From Flavobacteriales bacterium UBA4422 (lineage in GTDB: Bacteria > Bacteroidota > Bacteroidia > Flavobacteriales_G > Salibacteraceae): 32,000 nucleotides of DNA. Below, piece by piece: positions 8,665-16,957 of the stretch. The notes under the pieces were generated by a model, which saw only the letters and a list, made by a program, of their open reading frames with translations, had not been told where the DNA came from and searched no databases. A program made the position numbers and the translations under genes. Position 1 is the first letter of the stretch, and the number at the start of each line of letters is the position of its first letter. Location: positions 21,893 through 53,892 of the forward strand of contig DGQE01000039.1 of the NCBI GenBank assembly GCA_002389645.1, written 5' to 3'.

Positions 8665-8719
8665 ACATTTAAATTCAGTGTCAAATGTTTCTAAGCAATT
8701 TTTTTATTTTTAATTTCTA

Positions 8720-9247
8720 ATGGATTCGTTGTTGAGATATACTTCGCATGTTTTTCGGATTTTTCTGAGTTTGATTATCGTTACGTCCATGATGTCGTGC
8801 GAACGAAACTTCTTCCACCATTCCATTGTGGAGGTAGAAGTAAATGGTATTAACGCAGAGTGGAATAAAAACCAAGGTGATAATATTCATTGGTATAATG
8901 AGAATGAACCATTCGCAGAGATTAATTTCGGTAAAACAACCCTGACTAATGAACATGAGATGCAAGTATATCTAGAGATTGCAGATTTTTCGGGCGTAGG
9001 CATTTACAACACGAGTTATGTAGATATTTGGTATTACATAGATGGTCAAGCTAATCGTTACACAACTGATAGCACCTTGTTTGTTGTCAGCGAAAATGAG
9101 GGAAACCAGCGATTGAGTGGCACGTTTAATCTAGGAGTATGCAAGTCAAGGGATTTGCCTGCTATTGATAATTGCCCGGATTCTTTGTCATTTTCTGAAG
9201 GGGTGTTTGAAAATTTGAGGTACTGTTCTTTTTGCGGTTTACAATAA
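8720..9247 (+). CDS. Hypothetical lipoprotein (175 aa), cargo of the coaE-end insertion
   Basis: A lipobox-like LIIVTSMMSC is present and the rest is beta-rich with no recognisable domain. The gene is bracketed by the two copies of the coaE 3' end. Confidence 0.5.
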   Translation: MDSLLRYTSHVFRIFLSLIIVTSMMSCERNFFHHSIVEVEVNGINAEWNKNQGDNIHWYNENEPFAEINFGKTTLTNEHEMQVYLEIADFSGVGIYNTSYVDIWYYIDGQANRYTTDSTLFVVSENEGNQRLSGTFNLGVCKSRDLPAIDNCPDSLSFSEGVFENLRYCSFCGLQ

Positions 9248-9248
9248 A

Positions 9249-9332
9249 CATGAATTTAAAATCAATAAATGGCTTAGTCGCTCAATTATTCACCAAGCAT
9301 TGGCTATCCATGCTAATTTGAAAAAGGCTTAA
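9249..9332 (+). pseudogene. Orphan, diverged copy of the coaE 3' end (last ~27 codons plus stop)
   Basis: My hand alignment to 8581-8664 gives 59 of 84 identical overall and 39 of 44 in the core (8611-8654 vs 9279-9322). In frame it reads HEFKINKWLSRSIIHQALAIHANLKKA*, against the coaE end SDFVIDNSGNRSIIQQVLAIHVSLNAK*. The stop codons fall at equivalent positions. Confidence 0.65.
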
Positions 9333-11715
9333 AAGCTATTTTCAAAGATGTATTCTCTTCAATATCCCGCTTATTCATACGCTGCTTTCGCCATTCACCC
9401 TTCGCAAACATGATGGCTTGATCGATATAATGATCGCTAAATGGATTGCCACTTTGCCCAGTAGGAAGGATGCTTAAGCTGTTTTCTACATCTGCAAAAT
9501 CAATCAAGATGCGCATGGCAGGTCCACTTTTTACTGGATAGTTTACGCCTTCATGATCAATCCAAAATGCTTGCTTATTGATCACTTCTTCGCCACCAGC
9601 TATTTCTAACGGACCAACATTGAGCATACCGCCCAACACAGGCACTTTTCCCATGGGGTGTGGGTGGGTTAACTCATGTACATTCTTCCATTTCCATTCA
9701 GCAACATTCTTGCCCAGTGAAGTCTCTAAATTCTGAGCTGCCGTTTCAAATGCCTTTTGTAGCATTTCATCCTTGCTTTCGATGGCTTTGGTGTTTTTAT
9801 CATCCCACCAAGGATTGTTCTCCGTTTTCAGAAACTGAGGAACTGATCGGAGATAGAACAGTGTATGGATCATTGAATTGAAATCTGATGTTCCCAAATC
9901 ATCTTCCATGGCCAGTTTTAAGGTGTGATAGAGTAATTGATAGTAAACGATGGGCGTGTTGCTTTCCAAACCATGCGTTCCGTCCCAATCATTCAGCGCA
10001 GCCAGCATTTCTTCTTGCATTTCGTTTTGTGGGCTCACATTGGCCGTCATCATTTTGGCGTTTTCAGGATACCACGGTGATTGATCGTTCAAGACTAAGT
10101 CCTTCATAATATCTATATCCCAAAGCTCTGTTGATGACAATGCCTTGCTGATTTGGAGTGATCGCTGCCCAGCGTAATAATAACCGTGCACATAATTGTC
10201 ACCTACTTGCTCAGGAGCGTTATTGGCCGAATGCACAAAACCCATTTCTGAATTTACCGAGCGTGGATTCTCTTCAAAATCATAATAACCCAGCGGATCA
10301 TCATTGCCAGAAGCGCCATCTAAAATCAACTTTGGATCAACATGGGCTGGGCGTTTTAAGATTTTTGCAGTGCCCCACCATGCATAGTTTCCTTCTGCAT
10401 CGCCATACATGACGTTCAATCCTGGAGCGGCCAGGTTTGGCAACTGGCTTTTAAATTCTTCCATGGAATTGGCTGTACAAAACTTATGCGCTACTTGCAG
10501 CGCTGCCATAGGAAATTGAGTCAATGTCCAAAAGCATGAAATAGAATCAGTGATGGAGCTGTCCGTTAGTATAGAATTAATGATGGGGCCATGGTCGGTA
10601 GATTTCACTGTAAACGTGACTTCTTTACCTGAGCTGCTTTTGACGGTTTCTTCTCTAGTATTTAAGGGTATTTCGTTTCCTGCGAGCACAAAATTGTCGC
10701 CTTTGATGGTTTCTCTGTACAAGTCCATATCATCATTTTCAAACATGGTCAATCCCCAAGCATGATGATCTGTGTGACCAATAAGCGGGTAGGGCAGTCC
10801 AGCTAAGAAATTACCATATAAGCGCATGTCTGGAGTTTCAATGTGTGCTTCATACCAAACCGATGGTTGCGCATAATTAATGTGGGTGTCATTGGCAAAA
10901 AGCACTTTACCCGACTTCGATTTTTTGGGCGAAATCACCCAGCTATTGGAGCCTTCAAACAAAGGCAACTGCAGCGTATTTAAAATGCGTTGAACGCCCG
11001 AAGTGATAGAAGCAAGATCGAGGATGGTGTCGTTTTGCACAGAATCATTATTGGTGACAGGCATAGTTGCATGCCAAGATTCAGAATGAACCGATAGGCT
11101 TTCTAAATAATCGGCACCTAATTGATGCAATATTTTATCTGCTAACGGGTCTGTTTTTAATGCCATGGCAAAACTGAAGCTCATGTAAGAAACCACGTGA
11201 TAGATATCTACCGCTTCAAACGGCTCCGGCTCTAAACCCAAAATGGTGTATTCGATGGGTTTATGATTATTCTCGCGATACGCGTTGATGCCGTCTACAT
11301 AAGCCTGCGCCCAGGTTTGCCAATCTTCTGTTTGGGTTTTCATAAATGTCTCATACGAAGTGCGTGACAATTCAGCTGTGCCCATCGTTCTAAACAAGCG
11401 GTCTATGTTCATTACGTCATCTCCAAAAAGTTCGGAAAGTCTTCCAGCGCCAACCCTGCGCAATACGTCCATTTGAAACAAGCGATCTCGGGCATGTACA
11501 TATCCCAAAGTGCGCCAGGCATCTATATTATTCTCAGCGTAAATGTGCGGAATACCATAGTCATCAAAATGCACGGTAGCTTCACTATTAAGACCAGTAA
11601 GTTGCACTTCGGATGGTGTGTTAGGCGAATGTACCGATCGTAGGTAGAAAAATGAACCTATTGCGATGATGAAAATGACGGCGAATACAGCAGCTAAACC
11701 TTTAATGATGCGCAT
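9313..11715 (-). CDS. Penicillin acylase family (Ntn-hydrolase) protein, possibly an acyl-homoserine-lactone or beta-lactam acylase
   Basis: The protein is 800 aa with an N-terminal signal/TM. DRLFQMD in the alpha subunit and the autoprocessing/nucleophile-like site FEGSNSWV are typical of the family. The gene ends with TAG. Confidence 0.85.
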   Translation of the reverse strand: MRIIKGLAAVFAVIFIIAIGSFFYLRSVHSPNTPSEVQLTGLNSEATVHFDDYGIPHIYAENNIDAWRTLGYVHARDRLFQMDVLRRVGAGRLSELFGDDVMNIDRLFRTMGTAELSRTSYETFMKTQTEDWQTWAQAYVDGINAYRENNHKPIEYTILGLEPEPFEAVDIYHVVSYMSFSFAMALKTDPLADKILHQLGADYLESLSVHSESWHATMPVTNNDSVQNDTILDLASITSGVQRILNTLQLPLFEGSNSWVISPKKSKSGKVLFANDTHINYAQPSVWYEAHIETPDMRLYGNFLAGLPYPLIGHTDHHAWGLTMFENDDMDLYRETIKGDNFVLAGNEIPLNTREETVKSSSGKEVTFTVKSTDHGPIINSILTDSSITDSISCFWTLTQFPMAALQVAHKFCTANSMEEFKSQLPNLAAPGLNVMYGDAEGNYAWWGTAKILKRPAHVDPKLILDGASGNDDPLGYYDFEENPRSVNSEMGFVHSANNAPEQVGDNYVHGYYYAGQRSLQISKALSSTELWDIDIMKDLVLNDQSPWYPENAKMMTANVSPQNEMQEEMLAALNDWDGTHGLESNTPIVYYQLLYHTLKLAMEDDLGTSDFNSMIHTLFYLRSVPQFLKTENNPWWDDKNTKAIESKDEMLQKAFETAAQNLETSLGKNVAEWKWKNVHELTHPHPMGKVPVLGGMLNVGPLEIAGGEEVINKQAFWIDHEGVNYPVKSGPAMRILIDFADVENSLSILPTGQSGNPFSDHYIDQAIMFAKGEWRKQRMNKRDIEENTSLKIAFKPFSN

Positions 11716-11853
11716 GAATGGGTAAATTAGTTAGGTCTATCAAGTTTAAGTAAAATCGATCAATCTGATTGGTGATTCGAACAAGAAAGGTTTCAAATTG
11801 ATCATTGAAATAAATCTCCTATTGGCGCGTTTGATTGTCCAATCACAATTTAC

Positions 11854-12066
11854 ATGAAGTATTTATTCATCTCCACCATTATACTGTTTTCTATCAGTCT
11901 ATCATCTTGCAATAAAGACAACTGTCAAACCTGCACTAAAACTATTGGTGGAGTAGCAGGCAATTTTGTGGATGAAGAACGAGAAGTTTGCAACGAAATC
12001 GAGGCAAATAGTCTTGAATCCTCGTCAAGCGGAACCACGGTTTGGAAGTGTGAGGAAGTGAAGTGA
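11854..12066 (+). CDS. Small Cys-containing lipoprotein (70 aa), hypothetical
   Basis: MKYLFISTIILFSISLSSC is a lipoprotein signal, followed by a CxxC...C...C pattern. No homology was recognised, and the short length limits confidence. Confidence 0.4.
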   Translation: MKYLFISTIILFSISLSSCNKDNCQTCTKTIGGVAGNFVDEEREVCNEIEANSLESSSSGTTVWKCEEVK

Positions 12067-12331
12067 AGAAATTGGGGATAAGAGCTTGTAAACGAGACAT
12101 TAGGCGTATCTGTCAAGAATCATGTTGATCAATAGATCTGTGATTTTTCTCTTACCCAAACTAGACACACTGTGCCTGGATTGTTAAAGAACCTCCCTTA
12201 AAAGATGAAATACTTCAGATATTGTAAAAACGGATTAGAATTGAGGTTTACTTAACCTTGATATAGTTTCTAGGCCTTTGCTTATTCATAAAACACTGAA
12301 AGTTGTATCATTATTAATCAAATAAAAAATG

Positions 12332-12723
12332 ATGGATAAAAAGTACTTCTCTCTACACTTTGGATTTTTTTAACGGTAAATTATATTTTTTGCGTTGTAT
12401 TTTCCCTCTTTTACGCTCCTGACCTTCAGCAGTTTTTATCAGGCAAAGCTGGTGACATTGAACTCACCGAAAGTTTCTTACTAACTTTTGCAATCATCAT
12501 GGAATTGGCGATGGTGATGATCGTACTGTCTAGGGTTTTGAAATATTCTTTAAATCGTTGGTTCAATATTATAGGAGGAGCTGTATTCACATTAATACAA
12601 ATAGGAACACTTCTAGATGGCGCCTTTACCATGCATTACCTCTTTTTCAGCATTGTGGAAATATCCACTACGCTTTACATTGGCTGGACGGCTTGGAATT
12701 GGAAAATTCCAGAAAAAGCATAA
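12332..12723 (+). pseudogene. Four-TM membrane protein (resembles the DUF6326 family) with an apparent frameshift in an A5 run at codon 3-4
   Basis: The frame of the 74-aa track ORF stays open back to 12340 and encodes KVLLSTLWIFLTVNYIFCVVFSLF...DLQQFLSGKAGDIELTESFLLTFAIIMELAMVMIVLSRVLKY... There is no ATG, GTG or TTG in that frame before 12499. ATGATGGATAAAAAG (12329/12332) is one nucleotide out of frame, and one extra A in 12338-12342 would give MMDKKVLLSTLW. Confidence 0.6.
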
Positions 12724-12735
12724 GGGCATTATCTG

Positions 12736-13305
12736 CTAGAACTCGTATTCAAGCCATACCTTTAGCTTCACTCCTGCATCATACTCATACTCAAAAACAT
12801 CTGGAAGACCATTGGAACTGTGGTAAAGGTTAGCCGTACACCAAAATATTTCTTGATACGAACCATCATCGTAATCTAACAAAGAGAATCGGTATGTTTC
12901 TGATTGGTTGGCCACGTCAAATTTCAACTCATCCTCAAATGTGAATTCACTTGAAGGTGAATTGTCAAATCGCTCATTGGAAATAAATGATAAAAACACA
13001 TCTCTTCCTTTTTGAATTCCAAGTTGCACATCAGGTCTTGACCCATCTTCATCCCATTCACGATTCACATAGAATTCCACATCTGAAATTTGCACTCTGG
13101 TCATGGTAATGCTCTTGGGTTGCCGCTGGAGAGAACAAAAATCATCTGTAAATCTTTCAGTGCATTCGCAAATTCCTTTTTCACATATTCCCTCATTGTC
13201 GCATTCAACATCCTTGCATTTGTTGCAGGCTGAAATTGTCGTGATCAGTGTAGCAATCAGAAGGACATTGCACAATGAACTGATGTATTTTATGCGCGAT
13301 TTCAT
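12736..13305 (-). CDS. Lipoprotein with an EGF-like Cys-rich N-terminal module, hypothetical
   Basis: The lipobox is LITTISAC, followed by CNKCKDVECDNEGICEKGICECTERFTDDFC with an EGF-like spacing and then a beta-rich acidic domain. Confidence 0.6.
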   Translation of the reverse strand: MKSRIKYISSLCNVLLIATLITTISACNKCKDVECDNEGICEKGICECTERFTDDFCSLQRQPKSITMTRVQISDVEFYVNREWDEDGSRPDVQLGIQKGRDVFLSFISNERFDNSPSSEFTFEDELKFDVANQSETYRFSLLDYDDGSYQEIFWCTANLYHSSNGLPDVFEYEYDAGVKLKVWLEYEF

Positions 13306-13399
13306 CTGAGCTAAAATAGTTCTTTAATTGTAAGTTTTCTTTTTATGACCACCCCTTGGTGCAGGCTTAACATTTACTTGTTATAGCACCTATAGAAGA

Positions 13400-14809
13400 T
13401 TAGGTTAACTCCAACAGTGCCACATTCTCTACATGGCTTGTGTGTGGAAACATGTCTACCGGCTGTATTTGAACCACTTTGTATTTGTCTTTCATCAAGG
13501 CTATATCTCGTGCCTGGGTAGAAGGGTCGCAACTGACGTATACAATCCTCTTTGGCTTGGCTTCTAAAATACGATCAATCACATCGTTGTGCATACCAGC
13601 ACGTGGCGGATCGGTGATTAACACTTCAGGCTTGCCATTCTCTTCAATAAAAGCGGGCGTTAGCACATCTTTCATATCGCCAGCGTAAAAGCTGCAGTTT
13701 TCTATCGCATTCAGCTGAGCATTTTTAAAGGCATCTTCAATGGCTTCAGGTACATATTCTACTCCCACCACTTTTTTAGCCAGCTTAGCTACAAACAAAG
13801 CAATAGTGCCCGCTCCGGTATATAAGTCATATACAGTGTCTGTAGGTTGTATTCCCGCCCAGTTATATACAATCTCATAGAGTTTTTCGGCTTGGTTGCT
13901 ATTGGTCTGGAAAAAGCTTTTTGGCCCAATGATATAATCTACGCTGCCTTGATCATCAGGTCGGTTGAAACGCTCAATGATGTGAGGTTCACCATAAAAG
14001 AGTTCGGCAGGACAGTCGCTAAACGAGTCGTTCATTTTGTTGTTTACAATGACCCAAAACGACTCAATCTCAGGAAAACGATCTACCATCTTTTTGCACA
14101 GCACATCGGTTTCATCCGTTCTCTCTTTAATGATCATCAACACCATCCATTGTCCTGGGCGGTTGTTGCGCAATACCACGTTCCGCATCGTGCCAACTTG
14201 GTTTCTTGGGTGATAGAAAGAGATACCTGCATTCAACGCTTCTTCATAAATGAAATTGCGCAAAGTGTTGTGTACATCGTTTTGTAAGTGACAGTTGTTT
14301 ACGTGCAGTACCCAATCAAATCGACCAGGAACATGAAAACCCAAAGCAGGTGTTTTCTTTATTTCAGGTGAGCTTAATTCTTCAGGAGTCAGATAACGTT
14401 CGCTCACAAAAGTGAACTCCATTTTGTTTCTATAGTGGAATGTTTCGTCAGAACCGAGAATAGGTAAATGCTTTAAATCTTCAATTCCACCTATGCGTCT
14501 CATTTGCTGCAATACTCCGCGTTCTTTGAGTTCTATTTGCTTCGGATAGTTGAGGTTTTGCCAGCTGCAACCTCCACAATGCTCAAAATGATCGCATACG
14601 GGATCTATTCTTTCAGCAGAGTGTTGCTCTATGCTTTTTAGGCGTCCTTCTTTGTAGTTCTTTTTACTCTTCTTGATTTGAATCGACACCACATCACCAG
14701 GCACTGCGCCTGAAGTCATAAATGTTTGTCCCTCTTTCTTGCCTATCACTTTTCCTTTAGCACCAATGTCTACAATCTCAATGCCTTCTACTATGCTTCC
14801 TTTCTTCAC
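13400..14809 (-). CDS. rlmD: 23S rRNA (uracil-C5)-methyltransferase RlmD/RumA family
   Basis: It has an N-terminal TRAM-like domain, the Fe-S Cys cluster CDHFEHCGGCSWQ, the SAM motif DLYTGAGTIALF and the catalytic YVSCDP. It uses a GTG start that overlaps the upstream stop (GTGA). Confidence 0.85.
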   Translation of the reverse strand: MKKGSIVEGIEIVDIGAKGKVIGKKEGQTFMTSGAVPGDVVSIQIKKSKKNYKEGRLKSIEQHSAERIDPVCDHFEHCGGCSWQNLNYPKQIELKERGVLQQMRRIGGIEDLKHLPILGSDETFHYRNKMEFTFVSERYLTPEELSSPEIKKTPALGFHVPGRFDWVLHVNNCHLQNDVHNTLRNFIYEEALNAGISFYHPRNQVGTMRNVVLRNNRPGQWMVLMIIKERTDETDVLCKKMVDRFPEIESFWVIVNNKMNDSFSDCPAELFYGEPHIIERFNRPDDQGSVDYIIGPKSFFQTNSNQAEKLYEIVYNWAGIQPTDTVYDLYTGAGTIALFVAKLAKKVVGVEYVPEAIEDAFKNAQLNAIENCSFYAGDMKDVLTPAFIEENGKPEVLITDPPRAGMHNDVIDRILEAKPKRIVYVSCDPSTQARDIALMKDKYKVVQIQPVDMFPHTSHVENVALLELT

Positions 14810-15261
14810 TGCGCGTGTGTATATGCGGTTGCTCTATCTGTAATTTCTTTCAATAAGTCTTCAGAGGCATGTTTCTGAAGCAATTCAAAAAGCTCGCGCT
14901 CTTCTTGCCTTACGTGTTGTTCTATCAACTTTCCCAGTTCATCCATTAACCACGCTTGATTGGCTTCACCCTGTATTTTCTGAAACAGGTTGTCAATCTC
15001 GGTATGGTCGTCTTGCAACATGTAAATCTGCTGATCTACTTCTGCATGAACGCCAAGAACAATAGGGTAGAGCTGTTCTTCTTCAAAAGTCATGTGTGGT
15101 TTCAGGGTGTTACCATACACCTCCATCGCATACTTGATTTTGCCTAACAAATCGTTCGGTAGATTCGGGTATTTAGGGGCATCCAATTTCAGCAATTGGG
15201 CCACCATAAGTATTTTATGATGCTCCTTGCTTAGTGGTATGAATGCCTCATGGCGTTTCAT
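14806..15261 (-). CDS. Hemerythrin-like (HHE cation-binding) domain protein
   Basis: It is all-helical with His/Glu spacing (EHHKIL..., HMTFEEEQLYP, DDHTEID, EQHVRQEEREL) suggestive of a hemerythrin-like di-iron domain. The call rests on motifs only. Confidence 0.5.
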   Translation of the reverse strand: MKRHEAFIPLSKEHHKILMVAQLLKLDAPKYPNLPNDLLGKIKYAMEVYGNTLKPHMTFEEEQLYPIVLGVHAEVDQQIYMLQDDHTEIDNLFQKIQGEANQAWLMDELGKLIEQHVRQEERELFELLQKHASEDLLKEITDRATAYTHAQ

Positions 15262-15797
15262 TCTTCGCCTAACAGTTTATCTAATAACAATTGGCGCAGG
15301 CTACCCAACACCGTTTGTGTTTCGCTTTTTATCTCTACAGCTTTATCCATTTTCTGAATAGCCGCGGTCAACCCCGCATCATTGTCAAATTCTAGGTGCT
15401 CAATAATGGTAATGACTTCAATCACGGTCATGTAGTCGCCATTGATGGCTGTTTCAATCAACGTATCGATGTGTTCCGTAACATCCAAACCCGATTGCCA
15501 AATGCTAGTCAGTACTTCTGTTTGAATATCGTAGTACTTCTTTTTTTCTAGCATCAACATCAATGGGTCAACACAGTTGGGATCTTTCAAGTTGTAGATA
15601 GTTTTATCTAACAGCACTTTCACTTCACTACTGACATGACCCAAAAGCAACTCAAACATCGGGACTATCATATTCGGAGTTCCCTCATGGGGAATTAACT
15701 TCAATGCGCCAATTATTTTACGTTCATTTTTAGAACGCAGATCGACAATGATGTTCTGCTCAATTTTTGCTTTCTCGATTTGTTCGTCTTCTTCCAT
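15258..15797 (-). CDS. Hypothetical all-alpha (HEAT/ARM-like?) protein
   Basis: The 179-aa ORF is translationally coupled to its neighbours (ATGA overlap downstream, 2-nt gap upstream). No motif was recognised. Confidence 0.5.
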   Translation of the reverse strand: MEEDEQIEKAKIEQNIIVDLRSKNERKIIGALKLIPHEGTPNMIVPMFELLLGHVSSEVKVLLDKTIYNLKDPNCVDPLMLMLEKKKYYDIQTEVLTSIWQSGLDVTEHIDTLIETAINGDYMTVIEVITIIEHLEFDNDAGLTAAIQKMDKAVEIKSETQTVLGSLRQLLLDKLLGEE

Positions 15798-15799
15798 AT

Positions 15800-16084
15800 C
15801 TATCTAATTTTCTCAACGCTCCATGCTTGAGGTTTATCATCAAAAAGTATCTTGGTTTTCGCCCAAGTGCTTTTGAATAATTCGCTATGTCGATATTCTT
15901 CTAGGGCTTCAGGGCCGTCCCAAATGCTATGTGTCATAATGATTCTCGGATCATTGATGTCTTGAATCAAATCTACTTTGGAGCATCCGGGAAAAGCTTC
16001 AATCTTGGGTTTTGCATTTTCAAAAACAGCGATGAAGTCATTGATCAACTCTGTTTTAAACGTCATTTTCACAATTCTAATCAT
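15800..16084 (-). CDS. ABM (antibiotic biosynthesis monooxygenase-like, ferredoxin-fold) domain protein
   Basis: The 94-aa size and a pattern resembling ABM/Dabb proteins (VKMTFK...F..........PGC......D.......H.W.....EYR.SELF). No search was run. Confidence 0.5.
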   Translation of the reverse strand: MIRIVKMTFKTELINDFIAVFENAKPKIEAFPGCSKVDLIQDINDPRIIMTHSIWDGPEALEEYRHSELFKSTWAKTKILFDDKPQAWSVEKIR

Positions 16085-16087
16085 CTC

Positions 16088-16864
16088 TTAAAATGTCATG
16101 ATTACAGCCGCGCCTTTATGCAAGCCCAAGAGGTTTGCTGCGTGCCCCTGATTAATAGCAATTTCTAAATGCCCAGCAGTATTGATTAACGCCAATCGGT
16201 CTCCCATCGGGGTGTCGGAGTAGCGCTTTTTTATCTCTGTCATTTCAGCACCCTTGTGTGCAAAGCCAATTAAAAACTCTCTGCCTTTTCCGATTTCTTT
16301 AATCAAGTTGGCGTCAATGTTTGAAATAGCATTGCCGTATTTATCTACATAAATAATAGCTCCTTTGATAAAGTCAGAACCAGTTGTTGGTTTCACAGAC
16401 ATTCGTTCTACCAGCTGTTCTGTTCGTCTACCAATTACTTCTAGTGTTCCGCCCTTGGCTAAAAACACGGCCGCTGGCGCGTACATGTCTCTGATTGGAA
16501 AGGTGAGAACGTCTGATTCAATATTCATTTGAAGCTCAACCACCAAGTCAGGGTGCTGATCAGCAATCAGGCTAAACAACCCGGTATCTGCAGTAAGAAT
16601 GTAGCGATCTTTATAGCGAATTCCGATGTGTCTTATATCATCAACGGCTTGGCTCCCGACAGCAACGATGTGAATGCTGTCTTTTGGGAATTCTTTCAGG
16701 ATAGTTTTCAACACAAAAGCAGCCTCGGCTATGTCAAATGAATTGATAGAGTGACTAACATCAATTATTTGAGCATCAGGAATTTGCGACAATATTTTAG
16801 CCTTTACCAAGGCCAAGTAATAGTCTTTTAATCCGAGGTCTGTTGTTAAGGTTATTATGGGCAT
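16088..16864 (-). CDS. SAM hydrolase / SAM-dependent halogenase family protein (DUF62, SAM hydroxide adenosyltransferase-like)
   Basis: MPIITLTTDLGLKDYYLALVKAKIL is the characteristic DUF62 N-terminus. The length of 258 aa is typical. Confidence 0.8.
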   Translation of the reverse strand: MPIITLTTDLGLKDYYLALVKAKILSQIPDAQIIDVSHSINSFDIAEAAFVLKTILKEFPKDSIHIVAVGSQAVDDIRHIGIRYKDRYILTADTGLFSLIADQHPDLVVELQMNIESDVLTFPIRDMYAPAAVFLAKGGTLEVIGRRTEQLVERMSVKPTTGSDFIKGAIIYVDKYGNAISNIDANLIKEIGKGREFLIGFAHKGAEMTEIKKRYSDTPMGDRLALINTAGHLEIAINQGHAANLLGLHKGAAVIMTF

Positions 16865-16957
16865 AATTTCACCTGAAAAATCACCAAAAGAAATTTATTT
16901 CTTTGTGCAGCGCGAAAGTAGGAAAACCAATGCGCAACAACTTTTATTCATAGCAAT

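Noticed and set aside
9660-10765. Five plus-strand ORFs of 71-84 aa (9660-9881, 9888-10109, 10158-10412, 10550-10765 and neighbours) opposite the acylase gene.
   Set aside because: They are antisense to a continuous 800-aa Ntn-hydrolase ORF with clear family motifs. Their sequences are rich in His, Pro, Cys and Ser in the way typical of non-coding frames.
12426-12833. ORFs 12426-12632 (minus) and 12558-12833 (plus) overlapping the four-TM gene and the lipoprotein gene.
   Set aside because: They are alternative frames of regions better explained by the membrane-protein frame and the convergent lipoprotein. Neither has a supporting motif.
16887-16904. The palindrome AAAGAAAT-TT-ATTTCTTT in the divergent DUF62-operon / phoH intergenic region, as a possible operator.
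   Set aside because: It is a pure A/T-rich low-complexity palindrome in an AT-rich spacer. With no second copy or conservation data it cannot be distinguished from chance.
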